Positions 25,094 to 37,824 of a stretch of DNA of 64,000 nucleotides are shown here, piece by piece. Positions within the stretch are counted from its first letter, which is position 1; every line of letters starts with the position of its first letter. The notes under the pieces are model-generated. The model made no database searches. It was not told where the DNA came from and was given only the letters and a program-made list of their open reading frames with translations. This DNA comes from Camelus dromedarius. Its lineage: Eukaryota. Location of the stretch: NCBI RefSeq assembly GCF_036321535.1, contig NC_087450.1:48050001-48114000 (forward strand). The letters run 5' to 3'. The translations under genes and the position numbers were made by a program.

Positions 25094-26024
25094 TTAACAG
25101 GTGGAAAAAAGCAACTGGGTGTCCTGCACACCTGATAGCTTTCCAAAAATAGCTGGTGGGCCCTGGCCCCGCGGACTTGCCTCTGGGTAGGGGCAGGGGC
25201 TGGGGCTTGCGGCTATTTGATTACTAAGTTTCTGAGGAAGGAGGCAAGTCACGGCTGGTTCTATACCTTACTGTCTCTGGCCACGCCCAACCTCAGGACT
25301 GGGGTCCAGGCCTGGCCCATCACCTCCAGCTCAGCTCTGCTCCACCGCCTGGGGGAAGGAACTTGTCTGCTGGTCATGCGGGGGAGGTAGGGAGACTGTC
25401 CAGAGCAGATGCCAGCGGGCTCTGGGCACCATTTCTTCTTGGCCAAAGGACCTGGGTACAGAGACATTCTCCTCAAACCAAGGCACTGACAGCATCGAAC
25501 AGAAATGTCATGATCTGAAGCCACGTGGCATAGGAGGAAGCAAGAAAAGAAGAAAGGAATTCTCCAGGCTGAGCCCCAGAAATCTCCTCTGCCCTCCTTG
25601 GGGGCCAGGCTCAGGGACAAGCAGTGGGCAGAGGAACAAAGGGAGAACTCTTTTCTTTCGGAGGCGGGCCTGGCCTTTGCCTTCTTCGCTCCCAGAGCTC
25701 TGTCTCCTTTGGTGCTCTCCTCCCTCCTCTGTGTCTACACGGAACACTTAGCTCTTGGCACCCTGAAGTCATGTGTTCAGCCTCCTGTCCCCTGGACCAG
25801 AACCATGGGCTGCACCTGGGCCCTCTGCTGGCTCAGGGAAATCTTTTAAAAACAAATCCCACTCATTAAAAGTAACAGTGTGCATTCTCGCCGGTCGGAA
25901 TGTCAGCACATTTTGGAGATCCCTAAGTCACCCAGCTGAGAACCCGTCTGAGAGGCGGTGAGTAAAAACTTACAGGGAGAAAAATTACTGCCAAATAGGA
26001 TCCCTAGCAAATATAAATCCGCTC

Positions 26025-26050
26025 CACACACAAACACACACACACACACA
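26025..26050. repeat. (CA)n microsatellite
   Basis: Seen directly, just after TATAAAT at 26012-26018. Confidence 0.9.
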
Positions 26051-26419
26051 GCTGGAAGATGCCTTTCTAACTCTTACCGAGAGGCAAGGAACCTGGGAGG
26101 CTTGTGCTTTCCCGAACATTTTCATATCAAGTATTCTCTCCCTGCGAGGTCCTTCAGATACTCTGACTTTTAAGGACAGTTTTCTCACTGGGTCTTGCGA
26201 AGGACACACAGCATTGCTTATGCTAAAAAAGGTGGCAAGGCCAGCAAAGAAACGGACAGAACAGATAGAACCAGAGAGAGCGATTCCCGATACCACCGTC
26301 CCTTCCCCAGCCCCCAGCCCTTCTCCCTGCTGAAGACCACAAACGCCTGGCACGTTCCCCCTCACTCTCTGTGCTGAGATCCTGTTGCTGAAATGTGATG
26401 CTTGGCCCACTGACCTGCC

Positions 26420-26760
26420 AGCTGCGCAGCACCCTGGCACCAGGGCCCCGCGAGCCCCCACCCTTGAGCCGCGAACATCTATCACCGTGACTAGGCAGCT
26501 GCAGCCCTGCGGTTCCCCGCGGCGCCTCTTCCGCGCAGCATCTCCAGCTCGCGCAGCCCCTCTGAGCACCAGCTTCTGCTCGGAGCCCAGGCAGGCCCAG
26601 CGGGCGCCTGTGCCACTGCGGTGTCGTCTGCCCTTGGGACGGCTCGGGTTTGGTGTAGTGGAAAGAGATGCAGATGAGGAGCCCGGCACTTGGTTTGGGC
26701 GGGCCCTGACACTCCCTCGCGGAGCTTGGAGCAGGTCACGAGTCGCCCCCTCTTTCTGGC
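26420..26760. promoter_or_regulatory. CpG-island-like patch, candidate promoter or enhancer
   Basis: Highest CpG density in the window (ccccgcggcgcc, ccgcgc, ctcgcgc, ctcgcgg); GC-box-like gggcgggcc near 26697. Confidence 0.55.
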
Positions 26761-26900
26761 ATCAGCTTCCTTCTCTGCGAAATGGGAATACTCGGGGGCA
26801 ACTCTACCCACCTCAAGAGGTGTCACGGGGGAAAGGAAATGCAGTATGGGGAAGGTGGAAGAGTGAAGCTTGCTAGTAAAAAAGTTCGTTATCATTACAG
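26755..26900 (+). mobile_element. MIR core fragment
   Basis: cagcttccttctctgcgaaatgggaata...ctacccacctcaagaggtgtcacgggg. Confidence 0.5.
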
Positions 26901-27448
26901 AGCAGGGCTAAAGGTGTCCAGGCAAACTCCCCAAAGAGGCACAAGGATTCCTCTGTGATAATCTCTGTATGAGATGGGTACTCACTTCAAGGTTCCTGTT
27001 CCCGCTTTGCTAACAGGAATTGTAGAATCACTACCAAGTCCAAGGGGTACAAACAGCAAATAACCACTTGGATGAGAAGCCTGTTGAAATACGTCTTTGC
27101 TGGGCACAAGGTCGGCCGGCAGCCTGGCCCATAAATCAGCACTCCCTCCTTAGCTCATTGGCTCTCTCAAGGAGACGGGCTCAGTTAGACTCGGACACTT
27201 CGCAGCTCCTACTACCCTCCCCTGCACACAGTAGGGATTTAGACAGTGCTTGTTGAACTGATTACCGCAAAGACAGCTGGAAGTGTGAGCAGGCAAAGCC
27301 CTACCCACTCAAATTGGAGACTGACTCCATAACGTGTGGCAAGGGGCCAAATCCGAATCAGACAGGACTTGAGGCTGTAGCAGGCGGGGCAGTTCATTCT
27401 GCAGCCTTGGCTGAAAGGGATTTCAGGGGGCGGGAGGGCTGAGAGAGG

Positions 27449-27580
27449 NNNNNNNNNNNNNNNNNNNNNNNNNNNNNNNNNNNNNNNNNNNNNNNNNNNN
27501 NNNNNNNNNNNNNNNNNNNNNNNNNNNNNNNNNNNNNNNNNNNNNNNNNNNNNNNNNNNNNNNNNNNNNNNNNNNNNNNN
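27449..27580. other. N-run, 132 nt
   Basis: Counted directly. Confidence 0.95.
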
Positions 27581-28197
27581 GTCCTTTGCTTTAGAAAGGA
27601 GGAAGGATCATAGGAGGGATTTGAAAACTCACTCTGGAGAATAACTACACGCGTCCTTTCTGCTCTCCCTGAGGAACGCGGTCCTCTGCCCCCGGCCCTG
27701 CTCCAGAAGTGCTGCGCAGTTACCCACCTGCATCCAGGCAGTAAGCTTGCCCTGTTCAGAGTCCGCTGAACAAAATGCGGATTGGGGCTGGGGAAGGAAC
27801 CAGTGGAAGTCAGAATGCCGGGCAGTTTGAAATGCCTCTGCCCTCCTTCTCCTGCCCCAGGCTTTTTTCCCACCAAAGGTCCATAACCACCCCCGAGGGG
27901 CAGGGACACAGGTTCTGACCCTGGGCTCTGCAGAGACAGTTGCTATGGGGGCAGCTCTTTGAAGACGGCGATCAGGGCAACTGCAAAGTCAAGGCCATAG
28001 CACAAGTCCTCGCGTCTACGTGGCACTTGCTGCCTCTCTGGGGTGGAGTTTACTCTCTGTGCAAACTCTGTCAGGTACTGGGGGCACAGCCACACCGCCA
28101 TTTGACAGATGTGCAGCCTGGCCCTTAGAGATGGTAGATGACTTGGCATCTCCTAGAGAGAGCTGACACAGGAGTCAGGAATAGAAGCTGGAGGTTA

Positions 28198-28346
28198 GGG
28201 GGGGAAGGGTAGAGCTCAGTGGCAGAGCACATGCTTAGCATGCACAAGGCCCTGGGTGCAATCTCTAGTAACTCCACTGAAAAAAAAAAAAAGATTAAAA
28301 AAAACCCCTAAAAAACAAAAACAAAGACAAAAACAAAAACAAAAAC
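28198..28346 (+). mobile_element. Camelid vic-1-type tRNA(Ala)-derived SINE, more diverged copy
   Basis: ggggaagggtagagctcagtggcagagcacatgcttagcatgcacaaggccctgggtgcaatctctagtaactcc followed by an A/(CAAAAA)n tail. Confidence 0.8.
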
Positions 28347-29474
28347 ACTAGAAGGTAGGGGTCCAGAATTAGGGCTGGGGTTGAGGAGACCAAACCACCT
28401 CCTCAGGGTCTGGGCCTTGGGTTCCTCCTCTTGCGCTCCAGGGCCTTGGATCCCCTGAGGGCCACCAGCCCACTCTGTGGGGAGAAAGCCTGAAACGGCT
28501 GCCTCACCTTCCCACCTCACCCACTTGGATGACTATCCAACCCTGCAAAAAAGTGTCTTTTTCTTTTTTTCTGATCAGATTACCAGGAGGTGAAAGTTCT
28601 CCAGTCTGCCCAGAAATAAGGAAGAGCTGTCCTTCCTTTACCCCAAAGAGAGCCATAAGTCAAGGAGCAGTCAGATCTGTAGAACAAGCAAACCAGGTGG
28701 CATCGTGGTGCAGAAGCTCCTTGATCATGGGAAAGCCTCGGCACCCTTGTTTGTGGTCTGTGAGTGCTTCCTTTGCACACGGTTCTAACGTGCAGTCCAC
28801 AGCAGGTGAGCGGGTGCTGTTGCTTCGGGCAAGACAAGGACTGTAGCAAATTTCATGGATGAGAGTGAGAGGAGAGGCAGAAAGACGACGGGAAACGGGG
28901 GCACAAGCTCAGAGAGCACAGCAGCCTTTGGTCACTCAGTTCAGGGACAAACCTCCCACCTGCCACCACGGCCCCAACCCTGCAGCATCAGGGCATCGCT
29001 GCTCTGGAATTCCGTAGAGCCTGTGTCTTGGCTCGGACATTTACCATCTGCGTGTTCTTGAGCTTGAATTCTTGGAGCCCCTGTTCCTTCCTAGGCAGTG
29101 GGGGTACAAGTGGCTCCCACGCTCAGCTGTGGGGAGGAGACTGCGGTCAAGTGCTTGGGGGACAGGGCCTGGGTGGCGCAGAGGCTGTGCCTCTCCACCC
29201 ATCATGCCTTGGAAGAGGGGTGTGTGTGAGCTGTCCCTTCAGAAGGATTTACCCAACTTGGTTAAAATAAAAGAAAGTTAGGGTTTACTGGGGGTAAACC
29301 TGGCAGAGAGAAGAAGACTCAGGGGAGAAGCTAGAGGAAGTGTGGGTGGGCATGAGGAAAGGCGCTGCCGGCAGACCCCATCACCTACGGAACCCCTGTG
29401 GGTGCCAGGCACCGGAAAGGGTGCTTGACGTGTTACCTAATTCCATCCTCCGGACTGGGCTGTAGTTCTTACAA

Positions 29475-29580
29475 AACTCCGTTTTACAGATGAAAGATCT
29501 TACACAGGGGTGAAGACACGTTCCTAGGATTACAAAGCTCATCAGGGGGATTCGAATGCATAGATATCTGAGTCTGAAGC
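29475..29580 (-). mobile_element. MIR fragment
   Basis: ccgttttacagatgaaaga...ggattcgaa...tctgagtctgaagcc. Confidence 0.6.
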
Positions 29581-31073
29581 CAGTTTCTTAACCCCCACAT
29601 CACAAAGGGAGGAAGCGAGGGAGGTGCTTCGCAGCTACTCCACGGGGAGGCATTTGCAGATGTCTGGGAGGAGGCGGACAAGAACAGCGGCCGCCCTGAG
29701 GGCCTGGGCAGACTGGATGCCGGGAAAAGGGGCCATAGGGGTAGGCTGCACCAACAGCATCAGTGTACCACGGAGAAGGCCTGATCCTGAACCCTCCTGT
29801 GAGGTCCGAGTGTCAGTCCTAGGGGAAGCAAGTCTACCTGGAAACTCCCAGCACACAAACCTCACCTCCAAGTCTGCTGTGTGGGAGCTCCTTCCCTTTC
29901 TTCTGCAGGTCGGGCCAGCTAGGAGGCCTCGGGCCCACAGCCTCCTCCTTTGGGATTGCCAAAGGGTGGGTCCTCTTGTGGGGGCGCCCTGCGTCAGCCC
30001 CCTCACCCATCACTCCCTATACCCACCCTGACCCAGCTTCCTTGTCCCAGATGGCTGGCAGGAAGGAGGGACAGAGGACACAGGACCCTCCATCATAAAC
30101 CCTTCTACTTCTCATTGTCTGGTTTGTGTATCCAGCAAAGAAACACACCTACCAAACAAACAAATGGTGGTGGGAGGGAGCCAGGTCTTTGTAAACTGTG
30201 GGTAGTAATCAGAATTTGTATCCAGAGAAAAATGACAATTGTGGAAACCCTACATGCAGCCTGAACTCTGGTTTATGATAATGTAACATGTCCAGCAATA
30301 CTATTCAGGGAGGCAAGAGAGATGAAAATGAACTGAACTTTATTTGGGGATCTCATTACTATGAGAATGGTTCCTTTTGCTAAAGTATAGAAATATCTAG
30401 AACGAGGATATGTGTTGTCCTAAGGAAAAAAATGTGTGAAAAAGTGACCTTACAGCATGGGGAAACTTTTATGTGCTAGAATACAGAAGTTTGTTTCCCG
30501 CTAACGAGTCGGGGTATGTAAATAGTCCACTGAAAGAAAAGACTCGTGTAATTCATCACTGGCATCTACCCTTCCCAGTGCGCTTTGGCGGTCTCACAGT
30601 CTTGGGACCCAGGGAACAGGAGTCAGGGCAGTGGCCTGGCCTTGACCTCCAGCAAGGGGTGAGGGGTATGCCAGTGAGTCTACAACTTGGATTCCACCAC
30701 AAGCAAACAGGTGTCCTTTGTCCTCCCTTTCCCTGTCACCCACATCCAAGGCTTTGTTTTTGTTTTAAGTGGTCAATGAATCAGACAGAGAAAGCCAGCC
30801 TGAAAGGCTCCCGGAGGCTCCTCTCCCTCCAGCCCTCCTATTGCACAGATTAGGAAACTGAGGTCCTAGAAGGCACAGGCGCTTGCCCTGGATCTCATGA
30901 AACTGCAGAGGCTAACCTTGAGAAAATTACCACAATACACACCCCTACCCAACACTCCATTTCCAGAGTGTGTTTGACCCAGGGCTTCACCCTCCCCTGG
31001 AGTGGCCACTGATTCCCTTCAAGGAAACACAGAGGTCTTCAGCTCCATCCTGCAACCCCTGTGTCTCCTTTAC

Positions 31074-31248
31074 CTGGCTTCTCCCTTGGGAAGGTGATAC
31101 TGAGAGGTGGTTTATGCAGACACCCTCTCTGCTGACAGCCTTCGGTCAGGGTGACACCCCAAGCCCAGTCCTGTCGCAGGGCTGGCTGTGACAGCTGGGC
31201 ACAGACAGGGCCTGGTGGGGGGCTGAGAGGTGTCCCAGGCTTTATATA
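31074..31248 (-). promoter_or_regulatory. Candidate TATA promoter plus ATG-free first exon
   Basis: TATATAAAG on the minus strand at 31248-31240, CA dinucleotide about 32 nt downstream (31216), donor CAG|GTAAAG at 31074/31073. Confidence 0.3.
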
Positions 31249-32272
31249 GGCCAGAGGGTGCCAAGGTGTGTGACCCAGCACTCCAGGAGGGCTGCGCTGG
31301 GGGCTGGGCCTGGGGACGGGCCACACTGGGATGGAGGAGACGCACGGATGTGGTGGAATCCCATCAGGAGAGAAACAGAAACCACGAGAGTCTGGTATCC
31401 TCTCGTGGTCTGCATGTGGAAGAGATGTGAGAAGAACTTGGAAAGGCTGATGATTTCAAATTGAGTATATATTGAGTCCTTTTAAAAAATTTCTGTCAAA
31501 TTGCTTATATTGCTGAGTTTAAAGAAAAGAGAAGTCTGCAGATGGTAGACCCCTGGACCAAAAGAGAGAGACTAAGAAAGGGCACTACTCACCCTGGCCC
31601 CTGGACACGGGGCAGGGAAGCACACCCAGGACACTCTGCATGCGTCCTCCCTGTGGACCTTGCAGCCTCAGTGCCATGAGGCAGCTGAAATCGGGCCAAG
31701 CCTGCACCCTCTCCCGGACAGGCAGAGGCCTGTCAGCCACCAGCCTACCCTAGCCCACTCTGCCACTCGTTCCCTAAAGCCCTACTGTCCACTGTCCTCA
31801 GAGCCACAGGTGTGGATGCTCAGGGGTTGGGGGAGTTGGCTCTGCACCCAGGCCCTACTGCCCCAGCCCAGATCAGACCCCAAGGGCCTTGGAAGCAGGG
31901 GTTCTGTGCACTAATTCCTCCTCAGCCTCCCCAGGGTCCAGACCAGGCTCCTGGTGGATTTGCTGATTGGCCAGCTGGCTTGAGGGTCCACTCTCAGACC
32001 CTGACTTGTAAGAAGCTTGAATTCCAAAAAGCCAACCAGCTGTTCATAACTCTGACTGTACTTCCCTGCAGAGTCAAAGCCATCAGTGATCATGGGCCTG
32101 TCCGGTTCTACCACAGAGGCTGTTATCTAGCTAGCTTGCTGAGCGATGGTGCCAAAGCCGAAATCTGCCCCTGGGGGCGCAGGGAGTGCAAGGTCGGTGG
32201 GAGGAGGAAGAGAGGGAAGGGGTCCGCTTTGTTTCTGGGTGCAGGCAGTGAGTTTGGCCAATTTAGCATTCT

Positions 32273-32314
32273 TGTGTGTGAGTGTGTGTGTGTGTGTGTG
32301 TGTATGTGTGTGTG
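32273..32314. repeat. (TG)n microsatellite, interrupted
   Basis: Seen directly. Confidence 0.9.
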
Positions 32315-32571
32315 AGTGAACTAAGGGGAGACGTTGAAATCAGCAAATCTGGAAGCTGACACTTGGGCCTGTTAAGTGCACTTACTGGGCTGCATGGAAG
32401 GTGTTGTGTGACCAGTGGCTCCCAGTTGGCCAGCAGGCCCACAGCCCCAGAGATAAGGATCTCCTGGAAGTGGGTGCTGCCTTCTCTTCCCACTTCCTCT
32501 ACTGCTCTGCTACCAGGCTGGACAGGGCAGGAGGGATCCATACGCTACCCTGAAGCTCAGATCTAGGCGCC

Positions 32572-32952
32572 TCAGAGTTATGTTAAGTGAACTAAGATAG
32601 AGAAAGACAAATACTATGTGATGTCCCTTATATGTGGAATCTTAAAAAATGCAACAAACTAGTGAATATAACAAAAAAGAAGCAGACTGACAGATTTAGA
32701 GAACAAACTAGTGGCTACCAATGGGGGGGCAGAGGCAATATAGGGATAGAGGATTAAGAGGTACAAACTACTATGTAGAACATAAATCAGCTACAAGGCT
32801 ATGTTGTACAACACGGGGAATATAGCCAATATTTTATAATGACTATAAATGGAGTATAACCTTTAAAAATTGTGAATCACTGTACTGTGTACACTGGTAA
32901 CATATATAATATTGTACATCAATATAATTCAATAAGAATTTAAAAAATAAAA
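32572..32952 (+). mobile_element. 5'-truncated L1 3' UTR (L1MA-like)
   Basis: gagaaagacaaatactatgtgatgtcccttatatgtggaatc...aagaggtacaaactactatg...tattgtacatcaatata plus A-rich tail. Confidence 0.85.
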
Positions 32953-33399
32953 GCATTAGGGGTGATGGGGGGGGACCCTGTTGTCCAGCACCATGTCTAT
33001 TAAGGCCAGGGCTTGGGCAATCAGACCAGAGTTCATAGTGTGAGAATTGCAATTGATCATTTACTTCTTCAATAAAGCATGCTTGACAGTCCTATCCTCT
33101 GCAGGCGATAAGCATCAATCCCCACGTGAGGCTAGGCCACCCCTGAGCTCGCTCACGGGCTCACTCATGGAGCCTCCAGGAGGAACATCTGCTCTGTGTG
33201 CAGACACTGCCAGGGCTGCAACTCCTCAGGCCGAGTCCCTGCCTGGAGTGAGTGCCAGGCCCTCAAGGGAGACAGGCTGGCCTGGCGCCAGACCCACGGG
33301 CTGTGCAAGGACCTGTCCCCAGCTGTGTAGGGGTGTGGCTCAAGTTCATCCATGAACTTGCTGTAACATGCAGTCATGTACCATCAGGGCTTAATGAGC

Positions 33400-33790
33400 T
33401 CTCTGCCCTCCATGTGCTCCTTGAGCTTCAGTGCAAGTTCAATGTAGATCGACATGTACGGAACCCCTTCTATGGGCCAGATGTGCCGGGCACTGGGACG
33501 GTAAGACGGATAATGCCGTGTTTCTGCCTTTAAGGGGAGACACTCATAGTTTATTATCATTGTGATAAGAGTTATCGCAGAGGAAAACACAAAGATCTGA
33601 GGGGCTCCAAAAGCCCACAGGCATGGCTGGAAAAGGCTTCCTAGAGGAGATGATGCTGGAGCCGTCTCCAAAGGAGGGAAGCCAGGTGAGGAGGGGGACA
33701 AGGACATTTGAGGCAGAGAAAACCTCCTTACCAGTGAAACCAGAGGCAGGAGGCTGCGTAGGGTGGTCAGGAGCAGAGCGGGGCTTGGGG
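33400..33790 (-). mobile_element. L2 LINE fragment
   Basis: aaggcttcctagaggagatgatgctggagccg...aggacatttgaggcagagaaaac. Confidence 0.55.
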
Positions 33791-34919
33791 TAAATGGAGC
33801 ATGTCTGGCTGCGGGGGGCAGAGACCAAGACGTGACCCCAAACCCCAACTAGGTCATGGAGCGCCGGGCTGGTGAGGCTCCTGCTGAGGGTCCTTGGAAG
33901 AGAGACAATGTGGAGAAATAGCCAGGAGGTAATGTTGGTTAAGACTTGGCAATTGACCAGCTACTGAGCTCATTCAGGAGAGCCCTGTGTGTGCCGAGCT
34001 AGCACTGGTATGGAGGGGAGGAGAGGTGTCTGGGATGAATCCCAGTTTTTAGGCTTAAGAGACTGGGGGATGGCAGTGAAATTCTACTGAGATTGTGAAT
34101 ATTGGAGGAGGAACAAGCCCAGGGGAGACTCTGATGGAAGTGGAGGAACGTGAAGGCTGGGCGGGTTCTACGCAGGTGAGGTGGGCAGGAAGGAGCCTTG
34201 CGGGTGGGGGAGCCAACGGAGCAAATGCAGTGAGGACAGAAGGAGCCTGTCTATTCCAATGAAGAAGAAACGCAGCCCTCTTCCGGGCCCAGATGTTTGG
34301 ATTAGGAGAAAGAGAGCCCACCCACCAAGCCCCAGACACAGCCTCTCTTCCCACAGTGCCTCAAAGAAATCAAGAGACATGTGACCCACTGGCTGACAGG
34401 GGCTGCACATCTTGTGTGTCAAGATCCAGCCTCCGTGGCCAAGTAGCTCCTTTTCCGATTTTGCAGGCAGAGGCGCCAGGAATTCTGCCGTCGACTGTCC
34501 TTGGACCCCGCTGTCAGCCCTCGCTGAGGAAGCCGAGTGGGCACTTGTCAGGATGGGTGAGACTGAGGGAAGAAATCTGCAGGGGCGTTTAAGGCAATTT
34601 CCAGGGAAAACCATCTGTCCAGCTTCCTGTGGGGCTGTGGCTGCCTACCCACCCCACGTTCTGCTCCTGGAGGCCACTTAAGGGCTCTGATCCCGGGCAC
34701 TGTGGCTACGAGGTTCCTGCTGCTTGTGTCCCTCTGCTCAGGTCTCTGAAGGAGCCTGGAAGATTCCAAGAGATGGAAAAGTGGGAAGCATGGTGCACCA
34801 ACAGCTTCTTAGATGAAAAACAGGCGATTGCATTTCACGCTCCTCTGAGGCTCCCCAACCCCACTCCCTGGCAGCATAATTACAGATGCCTCACTCCTTA
34901 CAAACCCTTCCTACGCGCT

Positions 34920-35220
34920 GCATAAAGGAATACAATTTCTGGCTGTCCAAATTACAAGAGACCATAATGCACAAAAGCAATAAACACAGGTTCTAACAGC
35001 AAGATACCACTTATCGTAAACAATGGTTTTTGTGATTTATTGCGTTTGAAGCAGGTTCGGCATTACTTCTTAGAAGATTTGGTTATTCTTGTTTTCAAGC
35101 AGAGTTGCCGGCAGTCAGCTGACGTCAGAAAAAATTGCTCAAGCGCAGTAGATTTTAAAAATAGGGCCAATGTTGTGTTAAAATAATAATAACAGAAAAA
35201 TTGGGGTAGCTGTACGCTGA
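34920..35220. promoter_or_regulatory. AT-rich enhancer-like block with overlapping E-box and CRE
   Basis: CAGCTG at 35116-35121 overlaps TGACGTCA at 35120-35127; several TAAT/ATTA and ACAAT motifs; not repeat-derived. Confidence 0.4.
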
Positions 35221-36305
35221 TGTGAAAGTCTAAAGACAGGGCCATTTGGAGTTTACAGGCTCCCCTGCCAAAGCCCATACGTTCTTAGTAGTGGGTCTTG
35301 CCTTCTCACTTCCTGATACCCAGCACTTCCAACCCCTCCCGCTGTCCTCCTGTCCCCTGAGTGACGTGGGAGGGAGGAGGAGACTAGTAGCCAGATTGTG
35401 ACAAGGGACAGTCCGGATTAACACATCAGGCTGTTCATCTTCCCCGCTCAGGCCTCATTTAGCACTGGTAGTCAGATACTGGGAAAGGGCAGAAAAGTCA
35501 AGTTCAAACGGCATATTTGAGCCAAGAGGTCTGCAGTGATGATCCACTAGGACATTGGCCTTGTTCTGGACAGAGTGGTCCCTTCTCTCCTGGACTCTGT
35601 CCTGTCCATGCTGCAGGGAAGGTGCTGTGGACACTGTCAAGGAACAGAGGCCAGCAGCAGGGGATGGGCTTAGAAAGTGAGGAGGATGCCCAGATGGAGC
35701 AGGAGTTTTCCATCTGGGTTCGGAGACATCCTAGGATTCCATGTGGGATTTTCAGGGGCTCTGGAAGGAGGGCACCCCCACTTTAACCAGGGAGCTCTGC
35801 TTTTATTGTCTCTAGTGGGTTTCTGTAAGATTGTTTGCAAAAAAAATTGTATTAGAGAATTAATCCACAAATAGGAGTCAACGATTCTGCCTCTTTCCTC
35901 CTTCTCCTCGAATTCAATATTTCACCATGACTTTAAAGCACAGGCACAGGGAAGAACTCGCCCCACACAGTGTCCCAGGGAGACCCTTGGAGAAGTATTG
36001 TGCTCTCGTAGCTGCCCTCTGCCCATATGGGGACCATCACATGTGGAGCCCCCAAGGGTGAGTGGCAGGAGACTGCAACGAGCCACCTTGGCCCTACCCA
36101 CGGCCCACGCACATGGACTTGGTTCTAAGGGAAACTGAGAGTGAACAGTGTGCATCAGGGCCACTGCCTCACAGGAAGCAGAGCCCCCACTGCATGGACA
36201 GAAAAGCCATCTAAGCAGGATGCCTGTTCCTAGAATCTCCAGGAACTGGAATATTAACCAACACACAACTACTTTGGGATCGAAGGAGTATGTGCACACA
36301 TGTAA

Positions 36306-36320
36306 ACACACACACACACA

Positions 36321-36375
<55 letters not shown>
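36306..36375. repeat. (CA)n microsatellite, about 35 units, one interruption
   Basis: Seen directly; longest in the window. Confidence 0.95.
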
Positions 36376-36377
<2 letters not shown>

Positions 36378-36619
36378 CCCATGGCCCTGCCCCTTGCAGG
36401 AAGGCTGAGACCTGCACTGGCTGATGCTTCATTTCACTCCAGGGGGGCGAAGCTCTCTTGCTTTAGCTTGGAGCAGAGAGCAGAAAAATCACTGAGCTAT
36501 ATAGATCACGATAAGGAAATGGATTTGTTAGTGAGTAGCCAGTCCCTAGAGAACAACCATGATACCTTGTTTGAAGGAAATCTCAGAACATCACTCACCC
36601 AGGTGGAAAAAAATGTATT

Positions 36620-36830
36620 GATTGCTAACATTTATTGCATACGTATATTCCAGGCACTATTTGAAACTCCTTTCGTAATTAACCTATTTAACGTTCACCA
36701 CAGAACTATGGCAGAGGTAGTATTATTCCCCTGATCTTCCCGACAAGGAATCCGAGGCATAGGGAGGAGGGTGACCTACCAGGGGACCCAGCCAGTAAGT
36801 GTGAACACAGTTCCAAGCCCACAGGACTCA
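36620..36830 (-). mobile_element. MIR SINE
   Basis: gctaacatttattgcatacg...ccaggcact...gaggtagtattattcccc...gaatccgaggcatagggagg. Confidence 0.7.
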
Positions 36831-37575
36831 CTGTGCTTCCTGTCACTTCCAGGCATGTTTTTTCCGCTGAGAGGCCTGACATAGTTCTACTGTCAACTGC
36901 TCGTTGGCTGGGATCAGTTCACAGGCAGGAAGATAGGATGAATGTCACTTAAAGCAACCACATCAACACCCATCTGCTGGAATCAGAAGCACCAAGCCCA
37001 TCCTGTCTGGTGTTCACCCGCTGAGCCTCCCCGCCAGCCACATACCTCCCTCCAGAGAGATGAAGCTGCCCCAGCCACAAACCACACAGAACACCCCAAG
37101 CCTTGAAGTTAGCAGATCTCTGCTGAGTGTTGATGTGTCGGGCATGGATATCACAACCCAAGACCGCAAACAGGAATTCCCGAAAACACACCAAATTTGC
37201 TTTTTGATAAAGACAAAAGTGATACACGGCTCAAGCATACGCTTAACAGTGAGGTTTGTTTTTATACAGATCCTCACATCTTCCAGTATCCTTGCCCTTT
37301 CATATTTCTGATCCTCAGACTTGAATTATTTCTGTGTGGAGGAAGATGTGAGAAACACCACCCTCTGGGACTGCTTCCCGACTCTCCTCAGTTTGGGGGA
37401 ACCTCCTGCCTTCTCCAAGTCACCCCGACACTTTGGTCTGTGCTGTTCAATTGGCCACTTGATTACAAGTATATTGCATTTTATTTTCTCTGATTATTTC
37501 AAATAGGTCTTGTTTCTGTGGCGAGGGAGCTCCTTGAAGGTGAGCTGTGTCATCCTCAGGGCCACCCTTCCCTTC

Positions 37576-37578
<3 letters not shown>

Positions 37579-37610
<32 letters not shown>
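37579..37610. repeat. (CA)16 microsatellite
   Basis: Seen directly. Confidence 0.95.
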
Positions 37611-37611
<1 letters not shown>

Positions 37612-37800
37612 CTGAACTTCAGAGGGGACCAGAATCACCTGGGGAGCTGATTTAGTTTATTTTAATACCAAATCCTGAGCCACACCACTAGAGATTCTGA
37701 TTCAGTGGCTCTGGCGTGAGGTTCAGGAACTCACATTTTTTATCAAGTGTCCTAGGTGCTTGATGCTGGCTGTCAGGTTTACAGTGTGGGAAACACTGCT
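37612..37800 (-). mobile_element. MER5A DNA transposon
   Basis: ccagaatcacctggggagct...agagattctgattcagtggctctgg...cacattttttatcaagtgtcctaggtgcttgatgctg...gggaaacactg. Confidence 0.8.
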
Positions 37801-37824
37801 ATCTTGCTTCCCCAGGACAGGATC

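Noticed and set aside
25985-26689. 234-aa minus-strand ORF across the CpG patch
   Set aside because: Non-ATG start, reads through a (TG)n tract (CVCVCV); stop depletion is explained by GC content.
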